The translations under genes were made by a program, and so were the position numbers. The notes under the pieces were generated by a model. It had not been told where the DNA came from, did not search any database, and was given only the letters and a program-made list of their open reading frames with translations. A stretch of DNA of 64,000 nt from a virus (taxonomy: Duplodnaviria > Caudoviricetes). Position 1 is the first letter of the stretch; each line of letters starts with the position of its first letter. Shown piece by piece: positions 9,192 to 19,404 of this stretch. The stretch covers positions 56,138 to 120,137 of the IMG/VR virus record IMGVR_UViG_2643221950_000002. One strand, given 5' to 3'.

Positions 9192-10107
9192 TTTTGCACC
9201 TCCTTTCCATACTTCTATTATAACATATTATCGTGGTGATGTGTGTTATTTGTTGTTTATTAATGTGATTTATTCATATTTATTTTTGTGCTTATATTCG
9301 TTTGTGTGGTGTGATATATGTGATTAGATAGATAGGTTGTTTGAGTGAATTAAACCTTTGTATGAGGCTGTCAGTATGCTTAGAATTGATATGGTGATGT
9401 GTGAATGATTGATGTTAGGGATAGAATATACTATAGTGAATGTGTCATGTGTGATGGCTAAAATATGATGCGTAATAGTTAGGCTAGATAATGTGATGAA
9501 ATAAAGACAAAGACTATATAATGATAAACATATACATTAAAAAAAATAACACTTCGATTTCCTGTCCCCTGTTATTCACACGAATTGTTCCGCTTAATGG
9601 AACAAACTTTCAAAATCAGATCAATTTTTTAAAATTTTTAAATTTAGTTCAATAAAGTATTGATTTATCTTATTAATTGTGCATTCATTTGGCCGCAAAT
9701 AAAAAAGCAGACTCACCAAGGAATCTGCATTATAACTATAATTATAAGACGTATTCAGAACCATCTATTGCCACTGGAGGGGGTATATTAACATCCAAAC
9801 CGCTAAAACAAAGAACAAATGTGCCCATAGCACTTCCATTTCCACACCCTTTAAATTTTATCGATTTTAGCCTATTTTCTATCGTACTTGCTATCGTAAA
9901 CGCCTTATATATCAACGTTTCCCCCTTCCTCTACTCACTCATTTTTCACGATTTCCTCTAAATTTGTCCACTTTTCCTTACTCCCACAACGACTTTACGA
10001 TCACTCACCATTCATAATAATCGAATTATCGCCAAACACATTGCTATTACTGTTTTTTTTCTCCTTTTGATCAATTTTACGATATCGTCCTCAAAAATTT
10101 ACGATAA

Positions 10108-10139
10108 CAAAAAAATGAGACAGTCAATTGACCATCTCA
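10108..10139 (-). terminator. Intrinsic terminator after the tubulin-like gene
   Basis: TGAGA..GTCAATTGAC..TCTCA stem followed by a T-run on the minus strand. Confidence 0.6.
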
Positions 10140-10145
10140 CTATCT

Positions 10146-11258
10146 TTATCCCTTTAATGATTTAAGTTTCTCTAAGAAACTCCCCTTACTTACCTGCTTT
10201 ACGTCCCTTTTGGTGTTAGTCTGCTGCTTTAAAAATGCTGACTTTGAATTAAACTTTGGAACATATACCTCTTCTTTTACTGGTTCAACTTTTCTTGATT
10301 CAATCAGGTCATCTAATTGCTTCATTCTGTCGTTAATCCACCCTAAGCCACTTAAAATAGAAATCGCTTGATTCTTACCAGTATCATAATACCCTTTAAA
10401 TAAATCTAATGGTTCACCCTCACTGAAAAGTCGCTTAAAGTTAATCTGATCTGTTAAATTTGCATTGCCGTCTATAATAACACCAGCTTTAACTAATGAA
10501 TCAAAAGTGTCTGCGCTATATATCGAATGCTTCCATGACTGTTTAATATCATCATGAAGAGTGTTTGCAAATTTCCCTTTATTATAATCAGATAAATCCA
10601 TTTTCGAAATCACTGTCACACCTGGAGTATTGAAAATTTGGTTTAAGTCCTTCTTGTCTAATGTACTGTAGCTAGATGGAAGGTTTGTATACTCTTCAAC
10701 CTCTTCAAGCATATCAATAAATTGTTTATTTACCTTTTGATATAGCATAGGCTCTGAGAACGATTTAATGCCCTTTAGAGACACTTTAAAATTGTCTAGT
10801 GGAATTATATTCAATTGCTTTTCTGACAGTTCCTGAAGGCATTCAACGGTGTTTAATTGATTCAATATCACTTCACTGTGATCAGGCATCACAGGTACAG
10901 CAACTACGGTTTTGTTATCCAAGTATTCATCTAATAATTCTATTAATGTTGGTGCAATTCCTGATCCTGTACCTCCAGCTGTTGAAAAGACTACGAACAC
11001 AACTTGAATCGATGGCTTTTCCATTGCTTCTTTAATAAATTCAACAGATGATTCCCAGTTATTTTTAAAATAGTTGATAGCTGCTTCCCTATCCTTGCCT
11101 ACCCCTTCGGATCCAACTAGCTTTAGTTTGTCTTCAACAACTTCTAAACTATTTAGATCTGAGCTAGAGTAATTGACTGCGATACTGAAATATCCTCTTT
11201 TCATTGCTTCATCTGCAATGCTCCCACCACATTGACCAATTCCAACAAATCCGTACAT
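10146..11258 (-). CDS. Tubulin/FtsZ-family GTPase (TubZ-like)
   Basis: GIGQCGGSI (T1 loop), GVGKD, STAGGTGSG signature, LDKKD T7-like loop; basic C-terminal tail. Confidence 0.9.
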   Translation of the reverse strand: MYGFVGIGQCGGSIADEAMKRGYFSIAVNYSSSDLNSLEVVEDKLKLVGSEGVGKDREAAINYFKNNWESSVEFIKEAMEKPSIQVVFVVFSTAGGTGSGIAPTLIELLDEYLDNKTVVAVPVMPDHSEVILNQLNTVECLQELSEKQLNIIPLDNFKVSLKGIKSFSEPMLYQKVNKQFIDMLEEVEEYTNLPSSYSTLDKKDLNQIFNTPGVTVISKMDLSDYNKGKFANTLHDDIKQSWKHSIYSADTFDSLVKAGVIIDGNANLTDQINFKRLFSEGEPLDLFKGYYDTGKNQAISILSGLGWINDRMKQLDDLIESRKVEPVKEEVYVPKFNSKSAFLKQQTNTKRDVKQVSKGSFLEKLKSLKG

Positions 11259-11554
11259 TAAACCATTTCCCCTTCCAAATGATATTCTAAGGCCATAATT
11301 CCATATGAAGTAATTATGAATTTATGATGCTTACTTGATGAGTCTCTTTCAATAAGCAGTAGTGCCTCCAATTTACTTAAAGCTGATCTTATAGTCGCTT
11401 CTGAAAATTGAGTATCTAGTTTAACTGATTCGATCTTGAAGTCTTCTTTTGTCATTCCTTTTATTAGCCTGTTCGCTCCGCATTCTTGCAGCAAAGTTAA
11501 CAGTGATACATCGTCAATATTTAATCTAGTAACGACTTCATCAAAATATGTCAT
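11258..11554 (-). CDS. Small winged-helix-like protein, candidate TubR adaptor
   Basis: GGAGGTG RBS before ATG 11554; SEATIRSALSKLEALLLIER...KFIITSYG wHTH pattern; TAATG-coupled to the tubulin gene. Confidence 0.6.
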   Translation of the reverse strand: MTYFDEVVTRLNIDDVSLLTLLQECGANRLIKGMTKEDFKIESVKLDTQFSEATIRSALSKLEALLLIERDSSSKHHKFIITSYGIMALEYHLEGEMV

Positions 11555-11682
11555 ACTGCACCTCCACTGATAGAGTAACAAAAGTTACCTATATAGACAA
11601 CTTTTTTTATCTATTTAAGTGAATTTAATTGAACATTTGAATAAAGACAACACATAATATAAAATTCTCATTGGGTGATATT

Positions 11683-11910
11683 ATGAAATATAAGGTTAAA
11701 AGCAATTTAAAGAGTTACTTACACTCCAAAGGTATTAAACAAAAGTGGCTTGCAGACCAAATAGGCACTAATTCCAGTAGGATTTCTATTTGGTGTACTA
11801 ATAATGATGAAGGTTTTTGTTCTAATCCCCCCTCACTCCCTTACGCTATAGCCCTATGTAAAACATTAGATTGTGATATGCAAGAGATATTCTCCATTAT
11901 TGAAGACTGA
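11683..11910 (+). CDS. XRE/Cro HTH regulator
   Basis: GIKQKWLADQIGTNSSRISIW HTH; divergent from tubRZ. Confidence 0.8.
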   Translation: MKYKVKSNLKSYLHSKGIKQKWLADQIGTNSSRISIWCTNNDEGFCSNPPSLPYAIALCKTLDCDMQEIFSIIED

Positions 11911-11930
11911 TTTCTCAGTCTCTCATAATA

Positions 11931-11984
11931 AAATACAAATAACATATAATTTATATTGACTAAAGTGTAAATAACATATATAAT
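11931..11984 (+). promoter_or_regulatory. SigA promoter of yonP-yonO with tandem AAATAACATATA operators
   Basis: TTGACT-aaagtgtaaataacata-TATAAT plus upstream CAAATAACATATA. Confidence 0.8.
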
Positions 11985-12016
11985 CACCTTATAACGTACT
12001 GAAATGAGGTGATTTA

Positions 12017-12196
12017 TTGGGATCATGTAACAAGCAGGACATCATTGAACTTCTTGAGTATCGCATTGTTAATGGCATTGCTTCTCAGGAAGAGAACACA
12101 TTTTATGAAGACCTCAAATGGTTTGGTAAATTTGACGAGTCTTCTACCCTGTTTAAAAGATTGGCATTACATATTGAAAGACAAAATAACAAATAG
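12017..12196 (+). CDS. yonP: YonP-like small protein
   Basis: TTG start after GAGGTG; MGSCNKQDIIELLEYRIVNG...ERQNNK (59 aa), ending before the yonO RBS. Preferred over track ORF 12009..12233. Confidence 0.6.
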   Translation: MGSCNKQDIIELLEYRIVNGIASQEENTFYEDLKWFGKFDESSTLFKRLALHIERQNNK

Positions 12197-12208
12197 AGGA
12201 GAGCGCTT

Positions 12209-14740
12209 TTGGGGAGAAAAACAAATGATTTAAGCAAACAAGTGTTTATTTATAGTCTTGATACTTCGAGTTTTTATAATGATCGAGAAAATTTGTTACA
12301 TAGAAAGATTTTAAAGTCTTATAGATATAGAGATTTGCTTAAAACACATAATGGGGACACAAAAAAAAATAAGAAATACATAAAAAACAGAATCGCTAAA
12401 TTAAAACAGGAGTTAAATCAAGCCTTCAGTGAACATGAGAGTGTACGGATGCTTAGAGCCGACACATTAACAGACAATAAAAAGATCGCTATGTTTGATT
12501 CAGTTATGACTCGAACTCTAGGTATAAAAGAAAACAATTTCTCTGATGATGTAATTGTGGTTCAGGTATACCATTTCCAGGTGTTCAAGAGTATTCTTGA
12601 TGAAGGTTTTGTACATAATAATGAACTTTATGTTTACTTTACGAGTTCAGCTGGGCAAATACGAACGAAAAAAGCTTGTTTTATTAAGAAGTCTACATAC
12701 GATAAATTTGAAAATGCTTTAACATGTGGACTTAGTCTTGATGATATCAATTCTAATGGTGGGATGAACATCAATAAATGGAATGCTTACCTTGCTTTAT
12801 CGAATAGTGCCAGCAGCCATTGGAATATTGATATAAGTAAAACTGTTGTTGTTGATGATTTAGAAACCGATGTAATGAGTGAAGTTGATTATATCGACCG
12901 CAATACATATGAAATTACTAGAAAGAAAATGAATATTCCTATTGAGCATACTGATGGTTGTGGAATTATATCACCTAAGCTCAGTAGTAAAAGCTTTATG
13001 GTCAGACTGCCGTGGGTTAAAGGATTGTTAGTGCCCTTCGACTTTCATCGTTTTGCAGAAATACATAATAAAACACAAATTACAGATATATACGGTAAGG
13101 TATGGGATATTAAGAAAGATGATATCCAGATTATTTTCACTAAATCGCAATTTAAGATGTGGAAATATTATAAGTCCTGGAACGAATATCAAGAAAAGTT
13201 TGTTCTGTACGGTTGTCTGGGGGCTAAATTAAATGAAGAAGACCCTTCAGTTGAGGGGAAACTTACATATCAAATGCTTCAAACCCTTACTGATATTACT
13301 CATGATGAGCTCAAGTCTATTAGTAACAAAACTGTTGAGGAAATAAAGGCAATTGGTAATGATAAAGATATTATGTTAAAAATTATGGGGGCTACTGAGA
13401 ATCGAAAATTCAGATCGCCTTTGCAAAATGCATTACTCCTCTATCCTCAACTATTGAATGATGATCATGTCAAAGAAACCATTAAGAATAAGAAAAAGAG
13501 TCTTGTAAAAGACGCAAAATCAGGAAAGCTGCAGATTGAAAATTCTAAGTACACCTATCTTTGCCCCGATTTATATGCTTTTTGTGAAAAACTGTTTTTA
13601 GGAATTGAAAATCCGAATGGTTTATTGGATGGCAGCAATGTTTACTGTTCGCTTTATGATGAAGGAGAAATTGATGTACTTCGCTCCCCTCATCTTTATC
13701 GTGAGCATGGTATTAGAAAGAATGTTAGAAGCAAATTGCTAGATGAATGGTTTATCACCAAAGGAGTTTATACAAGTGTTCATGATCCAATCTCAAAATT
13801 GCTCCAGTTTGACAATGACGGGGATAAAGCGCTGATAATATCAGATCCTTTCTTTGTTAATATCGCAAAGAAACATGTCGCTGACATCGTTCCCCTTTAT
13901 TATGAGATGGGTGTTGCAAACAAACAGATGATTAACAGTGAAAATCTCTATGAATCTCTGACCAACGCCTATGCGGTTAATATTGGTGAATACAGTAACA
14001 ACATAACGAAGATTTGGAACAGTTCTTCAGTTAATATTGATGTTATCAAATGGCTATGCGCTGAAAATAACTTTGCTATCGACTATGCAAAAACGTTATT
14101 CATGCCTACAAGACCAGACAATGTTGACAAACAAATTAAAAATTACATAAAAGATAAAGTGCCTTTCTTCTTTGTCCATGCTAAAGATAAGGATATCTCT
14201 TCTGTACAGCCTATTAATGAGAGTACTGTAAATAAACTAGAAGAAATCATTCCAACTGATAGGATTAATTTCAAAGCTGTTGCTGGACACTTCGATTACA
14301 ACTTCTTATTAAAAAACAAACGTATTAAAGAAGATGAAGAATTGGTTAATGAATACATAAAGCTTGATCGAAATAAAAAATGGCTTACTAATAATGAAGA
14401 AACTAAGCCGAATCAGAAGTTATACGTGTATAAGCTCATTAGAGAAAAGCTACTTGAAATAAATAGTGATGAACAATATGTTGTGGATGTTCTTGTGAAA
14501 CATCTGTACAAAAAGAAAAGCAGATATAAAGCAACGTTGTGGGAATGCTTTGGTGAAACCATACTCAATAATCTGAAAAGGAATTTGAAAACTTTCAAAG
14601 GTTGCGTAAAGTGCGGACAAATGTATAAGCCTACCTCGAACAACTCTAGTTTTTGTACAAAGTGTTCAGTCACAATTGAAAAAGAAAAACATAAAAAAAG
14701 ACAGAAATCATATGTATCTAGGACAAAAATGACGGTTTAG
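12209..14740 (+). CDS. yonO: YonO single-subunit DNA-dependent RNA polymerase
   Basis: 843 aa; HTDGCG, RSPH and catalytic DNDGD motifs; C-terminal CxxC...CxxC. Confidence 0.93.
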   Translation: MGRKTNDLSKQVFIYSLDTSSFYNDRENLLHRKILKSYRYRDLLKTHNGDTKKNKKYIKNRIAKLKQELNQAFSEHESVRMLRADTLTDNKKIAMFDSVMTRTLGIKENNFSDDVIVVQVYHFQVFKSILDEGFVHNNELYVYFTSSAGQIRTKKACFIKKSTYDKFENALTCGLSLDDINSNGGMNINKWNAYLALSNSASSHWNIDISKTVVVDDLETDVMSEVDYIDRNTYEITRKKMNIPIEHTDGCGIISPKLSSKSFMVRLPWVKGLLVPFDFHRFAEIHNKTQITDIYGKVWDIKKDDIQIIFTKSQFKMWKYYKSWNEYQEKFVLYGCLGAKLNEEDPSVEGKLTYQMLQTLTDITHDELKSISNKTVEEIKAIGNDKDIMLKIMGATENRKFRSPLQNALLLYPQLLNDDHVKETIKNKKKSLVKDAKSGKLQIENSKYTYLCPDLYAFCEKLFLGIENPNGLLDGSNVYCSLYDEGEIDVLRSPHLYREHGIRKNVRSKLLDEWFITKGVYTSVHDPISKLLQFDNDGDKALIISDPFFVNIAKKHVADIVPLYYEMGVANKQMINSENLYESLTNAYAVNIGEYSNNITKIWNSSSVNIDVIKWLCAENNFAIDYAKTLFMPTRPDNVDKQIKNYIKDKVPFFFVHAKDKDISSVQPINESTVNKLEEIIPTDRINFKAVAGHFDYNFLLKNKRIKEDEELVNEYIKLDRNKKWLTNNEETKPNQKLYVYKLIREKLLEINSDEQYVVDVLVKHLYKKKSRYKATLWECFGETILNNLKRNLKTFKGCVKCGQMYKPTSNNSSFCTKCSVTIEKEKHKKRQKSYVSRTKMTV

Positions 14741-14751
14741 GAAGTGCCTTG

Positions 14752-14834
14752 AGCCTTAGAGCCACAAGGGATACAGCGTTTTTGTGCAAAAATAAAGCTA
14801 TTAAAAAGCGGCTTCAGCCTTAGAGCCACAAGGG
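14752..14834 (+). repeat. 19-bp direct repeat AGCCTTAGAGCCACAAGGG (2 copies)
   Basis: Exact copies at 14752-14770 and 14816-14834. Confidence 0.9.
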
Positions 14835-14963
14835 TTCAGACCGCTTTTGGAGATAATCGTCATAAGGGAGGTAAAAAGCAAATATCCAAATTAAAAAGGT
14901 TAGTATATCTCCCCTCCCCATTTTTAAAAATACAAATTACACATATAATCAGGAGGAATAAGA

Positions 14964-15239
14964 ATGAATAAAACAGAATTAGTCTCAGCGGTGGTTGAAG
15001 CAACAGGATTAGCAAAGAAGGAAGTTTCGACAGTTGTTGAAGCAACATTAGATGCAATTGAATCTACTCTTAAAGAAGAAGGCCAAGTTAAAATTGCTGG
15101 GTTTGGCACATTTGAAGTAGCTACTCGTGCTGCGCGTAAGGGTCGCAACCCTCAAACAGGTGAAGAAATTGATATTCCTGAAACAAAAGCGCCAAAATTT
15201 AAAGCTGCAAAAGCACTTAAAGATGCTGTAAAAGGTTGA
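14964..15239 (+). CDS. yonN: HU-family DNA-binding protein
   Basis: MNKTELV...GFGTFEV..RAARKGRNPQTGEEI. Confidence 0.95.
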   Translation: MNKTELVSAVVEATGLAKKEVSTVVEATLDAIESTLKEEGQVKIAGFGTFEVATRAARKGRNPQTGEEIDIPETKAPKFKAAKALKDAVKG

Positions 15240-15289
15240 TTTTATCTAAATAAATAACGTATATAGACCATCTTGGTTTTTAAGTTGAA

Positions 15290-16300
15290 TGGCTTATGTC
15301 TTCCACGAAGAGGTAGGAGTCTTCGTGATCGACTAATGAATATTAATTAAATAATAGTCATTAGTGGGTTGACTGCCCTGTACAATTTTTCTCCAAACTG
15401 ACTCACTTCCTTTCATAAGTTAGTTCTGACTCACATTTAAGGAGAAGGCTACTCCTGAGTCGGATAATATTCATTTATATAGGTTTGAACACCCCCTTCT
15501 TCAACATATACCAAATGAATATTATCGGGCTATTAATGTCAATAAGTCTTCACGCTTAATTAAATGCGACTGTATCCTAACAGGGACTTGTTATAGGAGG
15601 CATTTTGCTCGACAATTAAAACTAATTGCGGTGTTGTGCTTCGGCCTGCACTTAAGGTGATTGGATGCGTCCAATCTTCTTTTAAAATTTATTTTCCCAA
15701 GCATGTACCTTCTCACACTGGGTAAGAAAAAACCATGCAGAATAAGAGACTGGTGATCTACACGCAATGCTATGTAGATAAGGTGTGTGACCTGACAAGT
15801 AAATTAGTGTTTGTCTCAGAGAAGGGGTTATATTGGTCTTACCCTTCCATTCATTTTTACACTAGCAAGACTTTCACTTGAGTAACAATTACACTTGGTA
15901 TTTCTACAGCACAAGAAATTGTGACTGTCTGACTTATGGATTAGCTAAATTTTAGTAAGAGTACTGTGTGTGCTCCTGTCCATGAGGTTTTAAGTAAAAA
16001 GGCCATCAAGTAGCGATGGTTTCTCCGCAGGCGGGGAGTTGAAATACTGCCAGAAAGTGTGTTTCACTAGCTACTATCTAATCGACTTACTTAAAGTCTG
16101 TCGACTTCAAAGGTTTAATCGCTGAACCCGTAATCAGTGTACCTCCCTATCTTATAAAGATGGGGTTATTCTAGTTAGTAAATTCCTTCGGGTGTTTCCC
16201 CAGCACCCTTCCGACATTTCTTCTTTATTCCCCTTTCTTCTCTCCTTTTTTCGGGTGTTCCAATGTGTCGGCATTGGGCATCCGAAGGAATTTATTCGGT
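15290..16300 (+). ncRNA. Candidate large structured RNA or late-operon leader
   Basis: ~1 kb with no credible ORF and more than 10 adjacent stem-loops. Confidence 0.5.
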
Positions 16301-16337
16301 TCAAAATAAAAATTACATACTATCTGGAGGTTTTATA

Positions 16338-16529
16338 ATGGCAAGCAAAAAGACTAATCAAGTTAACTTAAAAGGATTTTTCGATATGGACGTTATGGAA
16401 GTGACAGAACTTACAAAAGACGACGAACTTAGATACGATTTTAAAGAAATTTTATCTGAATTTAACGGAAAACAGGTCAGCATCACTATTAAGGAAGAAA
16501 ATGAATTGCCTGTAAAAGACAATGAATAA
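16338..16529 (+). CDS. yonK: YonK-family protein
   Basis: GGAGG RBS; 63 aa, MASKKTNQVNLKGFFDMDVMEVTE. Confidence 0.85.
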   Translation: MASKKTNQVNLKGFFDMDVMEVTELTKDDELRYDFKEILSEFNGKQVSITIKEENELPVKDNE

Positions 16530-16531
16530 AG

Positions 16532-17743
16532 GTGGGTGAGTTAATGAATGTAATTGTAAAACCAGAGTTGCAACGTGGAAAAGGCGAAAGCTTTGATGAC
16601 TATTTTATTAGATTACATACAAATAAACACGAGTATAAAATCGACAAGTTTGTTATTAGAGATTTGCTTAACGATGAATCTGGTGAGAACTATGGAGAAA
16701 GTAAATGGCGTAAAGACTATGCTCAATATCGTAAATGGGCTGATTACCATGTAAATAAGAATCTTGATCAAGAGATTGTAGATAAATATGATGAACTCAA
16801 AATTGAAGCTGCTAAAGCAGAAGTACGCAGACGTGATCAGAATAGAGAGTTAACCAAGAAGATTAGAAATTCCGCTCGTTTTGATCGTATCCGTGATGAT
16901 TTGACTGAAGCAATTTTGAATTTAGAGAAAAAACGTCCTCTTAAATTCTCCTCCCCTCCTCCTCCAACATCTGATAAGCATGGTCTAGCACTGTTCAGTG
17001 ACTGGCATTTCGGAATGGACATCAATAATCGAATTAACACTTTTAATGAACAAGTATTCAACGAGAGAGTCCAGAAACTAACTCAGGACGTTATTAAACA
17101 CGGTAAATCAAATGGGATTTCAACTCTGCATGTAGCTAATCTTGGAGATTTAATTGGTGGGCTAATACATGTTTCAACACGAGTTCAAGCTAATACTGAT
17201 TCTATAGAGCAAATTCAATACGTCACAGAAACATTAGCTGAGATTTTGGCAGCATTCGCTAGTGAATTTGAAGAAGTTAAATTCTATAGTGTTGCAGGAA
17301 ACCACGGTCGCCTCTCCCCTTCCAAAAACGATGTAGGCATTAAAGAAAACTTCGAGTATTTAATTAACTGGTATTTAAAAGCTCGTCTAAGCCACATTTC
17401 AAATATCACTATTGAGCAAGAGCAAGACGGTTTCATCCCTACAAAAATTAAAAATCAAGAAGTTGTGTTTGTGCATGGTCATTATGATCGGGTTGATCAG
17501 TGTGTAACACGCTTACCTCAATTACTTGGCTATATCCCTTCTTACATATTCGGTGGACATGTTCACCACAATTACGAAAAAGAATACGGTAGCACAACTG
17601 TAGTTGTTAATGGAGCTTTAGTAGGCGCTGACGACTACGCTATGCAAGGACGCTTTGGAACTAAGCCTTCGCAGAAATTCATGGTATTTGATGAAGAAGG
17701 TATTGAAGCTACATACATAATTCGTTTTAAAGACGGTAGATGA
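16532..17743 (+). CDS. yonJ: YonJ-like metallophosphoesterase
   Basis: SDWH, LGD, GNHG, HGH and GHVH calcineurin-like motifs. Confidence 0.85.
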   Translation: MGELMNVIVKPELQRGKGESFDDYFIRLHTNKHEYKIDKFVIRDLLNDESGENYGESKWRKDYAQYRKWADYHVNKNLDQEIVDKYDELKIEAAKAEVRRRDQNRELTKKIRNSARFDRIRDDLTEAILNLEKKRPLKFSSPPPPTSDKHGLALFSDWHFGMDINNRINTFNEQVFNERVQKLTQDVIKHGKSNGISTLHVANLGDLIGGLIHVSTRVQANTDSIEQIQYVTETLAEILAAFASEFEEVKFYSVAGNHGRLSPSKNDVGIKENFEYLINWYLKARLSHISNITIEQEQDGFIPTKIKNQEVVFVHGHYDRVDQCVTRLPQLLGYIPSYIFGGHVHHNYEKEYGSTTVVVNGALVGADDYAMQGRFGTKPSQKFMVFDEEGIEATYIIRFKDGR

Positions 17744-17756
17744 AAAGGATGATTAA

Positions 17757-17852
17757 ATGTCTGGTAATGAATTTATTCATATCTTAGCAGAACAGTGGCT
17801 AGATTTATCTCATGAAAGCAAGAACATACTTTCACTAATGATTGCCAATTGA
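17757..17852 (+). CDS. 31-aa peptide
   Basis: AAAGGA RBS; MSGNEFIHILAEQWLDLSHESKNILSLMIAN. Confidence 0.35.
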   Translation: MSGNEFIHILAEQWLDLSHESKNILSLMIAN

Positions 17853-17896
17853 TATAAAACTTTAATTTTAACTTAATTTATTGATGAGGATGATGA

Positions 17897-18325
17897 ATGA
17901 TGATTGAACAACTGAATAAAAACGATCTATTTGAATATTTACAAGTTCTTGCTCGACTTAAAGAAGTTGGATATAAATGCGATCAGGAGATTTTTGAAGC
18001 GTTGCGTAGGTTTCGAATGGAATCGGATAAAGAAAAAGATCTAATAATGTATGTAGATCCTGGTCGGGATTATTCGAGAGTTGTTTTAATAGATATGGAT
18101 TCAAACCTGGGTAAAAATTTAACTTTGAAAAGTGTGCGATCCTCAATTAGAGAACAAGCAATATCGATCATTGAATTTATCTTAAAACATCGTCCTTCTA
18201 GGCTGGTTATCGATCCAGCTGGCATAGGGCAGGGTTTATTTGACATGATGATTGAGGAGTCAAGAGGAAGAAAAGTACGCATTTCGAAAAGTGGAGAATT
18301 AACTTACATGGATAAAATCATTTAA
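17897..18325 (+). CDS. Protein in the yonH position resembling a terminase nuclease domain
   Basis: YVDPGR and VIDPAGIGQGLFD resemble GVDVAR and IVDGNGVGSGLID of the terminase. Confidence 0.6.
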   Translation: MMIEQLNKNDLFEYLQVLARLKEVGYKCDQEIFEALRRFRMESDKEKDLIMYVDPGRDYSRVVLIDMDSNLGKNLTLKSVRSSIREQAISIIEFILKHRPSRLVIDPAGIGQGLFDMMIEESRGRKVRISKSGELTYMDKII

Positions 18326-18402
18326 GTATTACAACATATTTTTAAAGCGTCTAGTCTCTAAACTAGGCGTTTCGTAAAATATGTTTTTTGGAGGTGTTAT
18401 AT

Positions 18403-19404
18403 GTGGGAGTCAAAAAAGGAAAAGAATATTTAAAATGTTTAGATTGTCTTAAAGAAAAGGATAAAATGAACGGTTTTTACAACACAAAAAACAAGCTGTA
18501 CGAAAAGATTGGGAAATTCCCTATTTGTAAAACTTGTCTAAAGAAAACAATTAATTATGATGACATGGAAACCGTATATAACACTCTTCAACAAATGGAC
18601 GTAAAGTTTGATCCGTTGTACTGGGAGCAAGCAATTCAGAGAAAAACAGACACGTTCAGTGCATACATCACAATGGCAAACTCGTTAAAGCAATTCAATG
18701 GAACATGCTGGAAAGATAGTTTCATAGAAAATGAAGCTAATAACATGAGTGTTGATACCGCTCCCTCCCCTTCATCAACTGATTACTCTACAGAAATTAC
18801 AGATGACATGGTTGATAAATGGGGATCAGGTTACACTCTTGATGAGTACAAACAATTTGAACGTAAGTATGTTAAGTTGATTAGAAGCTACGGTGAAAAA
18901 ACAGCGCTTCATACTGAAGGTTTGCTTTCATTTATAAGATTTCGTGTCAAAGAAGAGATGTCCACTGCAAGAGGTGATGTTAAAGAAGCGAAAGAATGGG
19001 GAGCGCTTGCTTCTAAAGCCGCTACTGACGCTAAGATCAACGTCTCGCAGCTCAGTAAAAGTGATATTAGTGGTGGTGTTGATGTTATCACGCAACTTTT
19101 TGAAGCTGTGGAAACAGAATTAGGTATTATCCCCCTTCTTCCTCGGTTGACCGCTCAACCCTATGATGATGCCGACTTAATCATTTGGGCAATAATAAAT
19201 TATTACAGAAGATTAGAAGATAAAGAGCCTGTTAATTATGAAGATATTTATCACTTTTATGATGAAATGCTTGAAGAGGATTTTAAATCTAAGGGTCTGA
19301 CTGATGATCAAATCAAAAAGTCGAAAGAAGAAAGAAATAATGTGTTCAGGGATTTAGGTAAAATCTATACTGAGCCATTGTATGAAAATGGTGAAGATGA
19401 GTAA
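18403..19404 (+). CDS. yonG: YonG-like protein (Zn-binding N-terminus; possible small terminase)
   Basis: CLDC...CKTC; TAATG-coupled to the terminase. Confidence 0.7.
   Translation: MGVKKGKEYLKCLDCLKEKDKMNGFYNTKNKLYEKIGKFPICKTCLKKTINYDDMETVYNTLQQMDVKFDPLYWEQAIQRKTDTFSAYITMANSLKQFNGTCWKDSFIENEANNMSVDTAPSPSSTDYSTEITDDMVDKWGSGYTLDEYKQFERKYVKLIRSYGEKTALHTEGLLSFIRFRVKEEMSTARGDVKEAKEWGALASKAATDAKINVSQLSKSDISGGVDVITQLFEAVETELGIIPLLPRLTAQPYDDADLIIWAIINYYRRLEDKEPVNYEDIYHFYDEMLEEDFKSKGLTDDQIKKSKEERNNVFRDLGKIYTEPLYENGEDE

Noticed and set aside
9034-9327. Plus-strand 97-aa ORF
   Set aside because: Antisense to yonT and overlaps the antitoxin terminator.
10146-11258. Jumbo-phage nucleus (PhuZ/chimallin) system
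   Set aside because: No shell protein candidate; the wHTH partner fits a TubZR arrangement better.
12009-12233. 74-aa ORF before yonO
   Set aside because: The alternative frame 12017..12196 has the RBS and does not overlap yonO.
15240-16300. tRNA genes or a self-splicing intron
   Set aside because: I could not identify a cloverleaf with TTCGA/CCA or intron core motifs by eye, and no interrupted gene is present.
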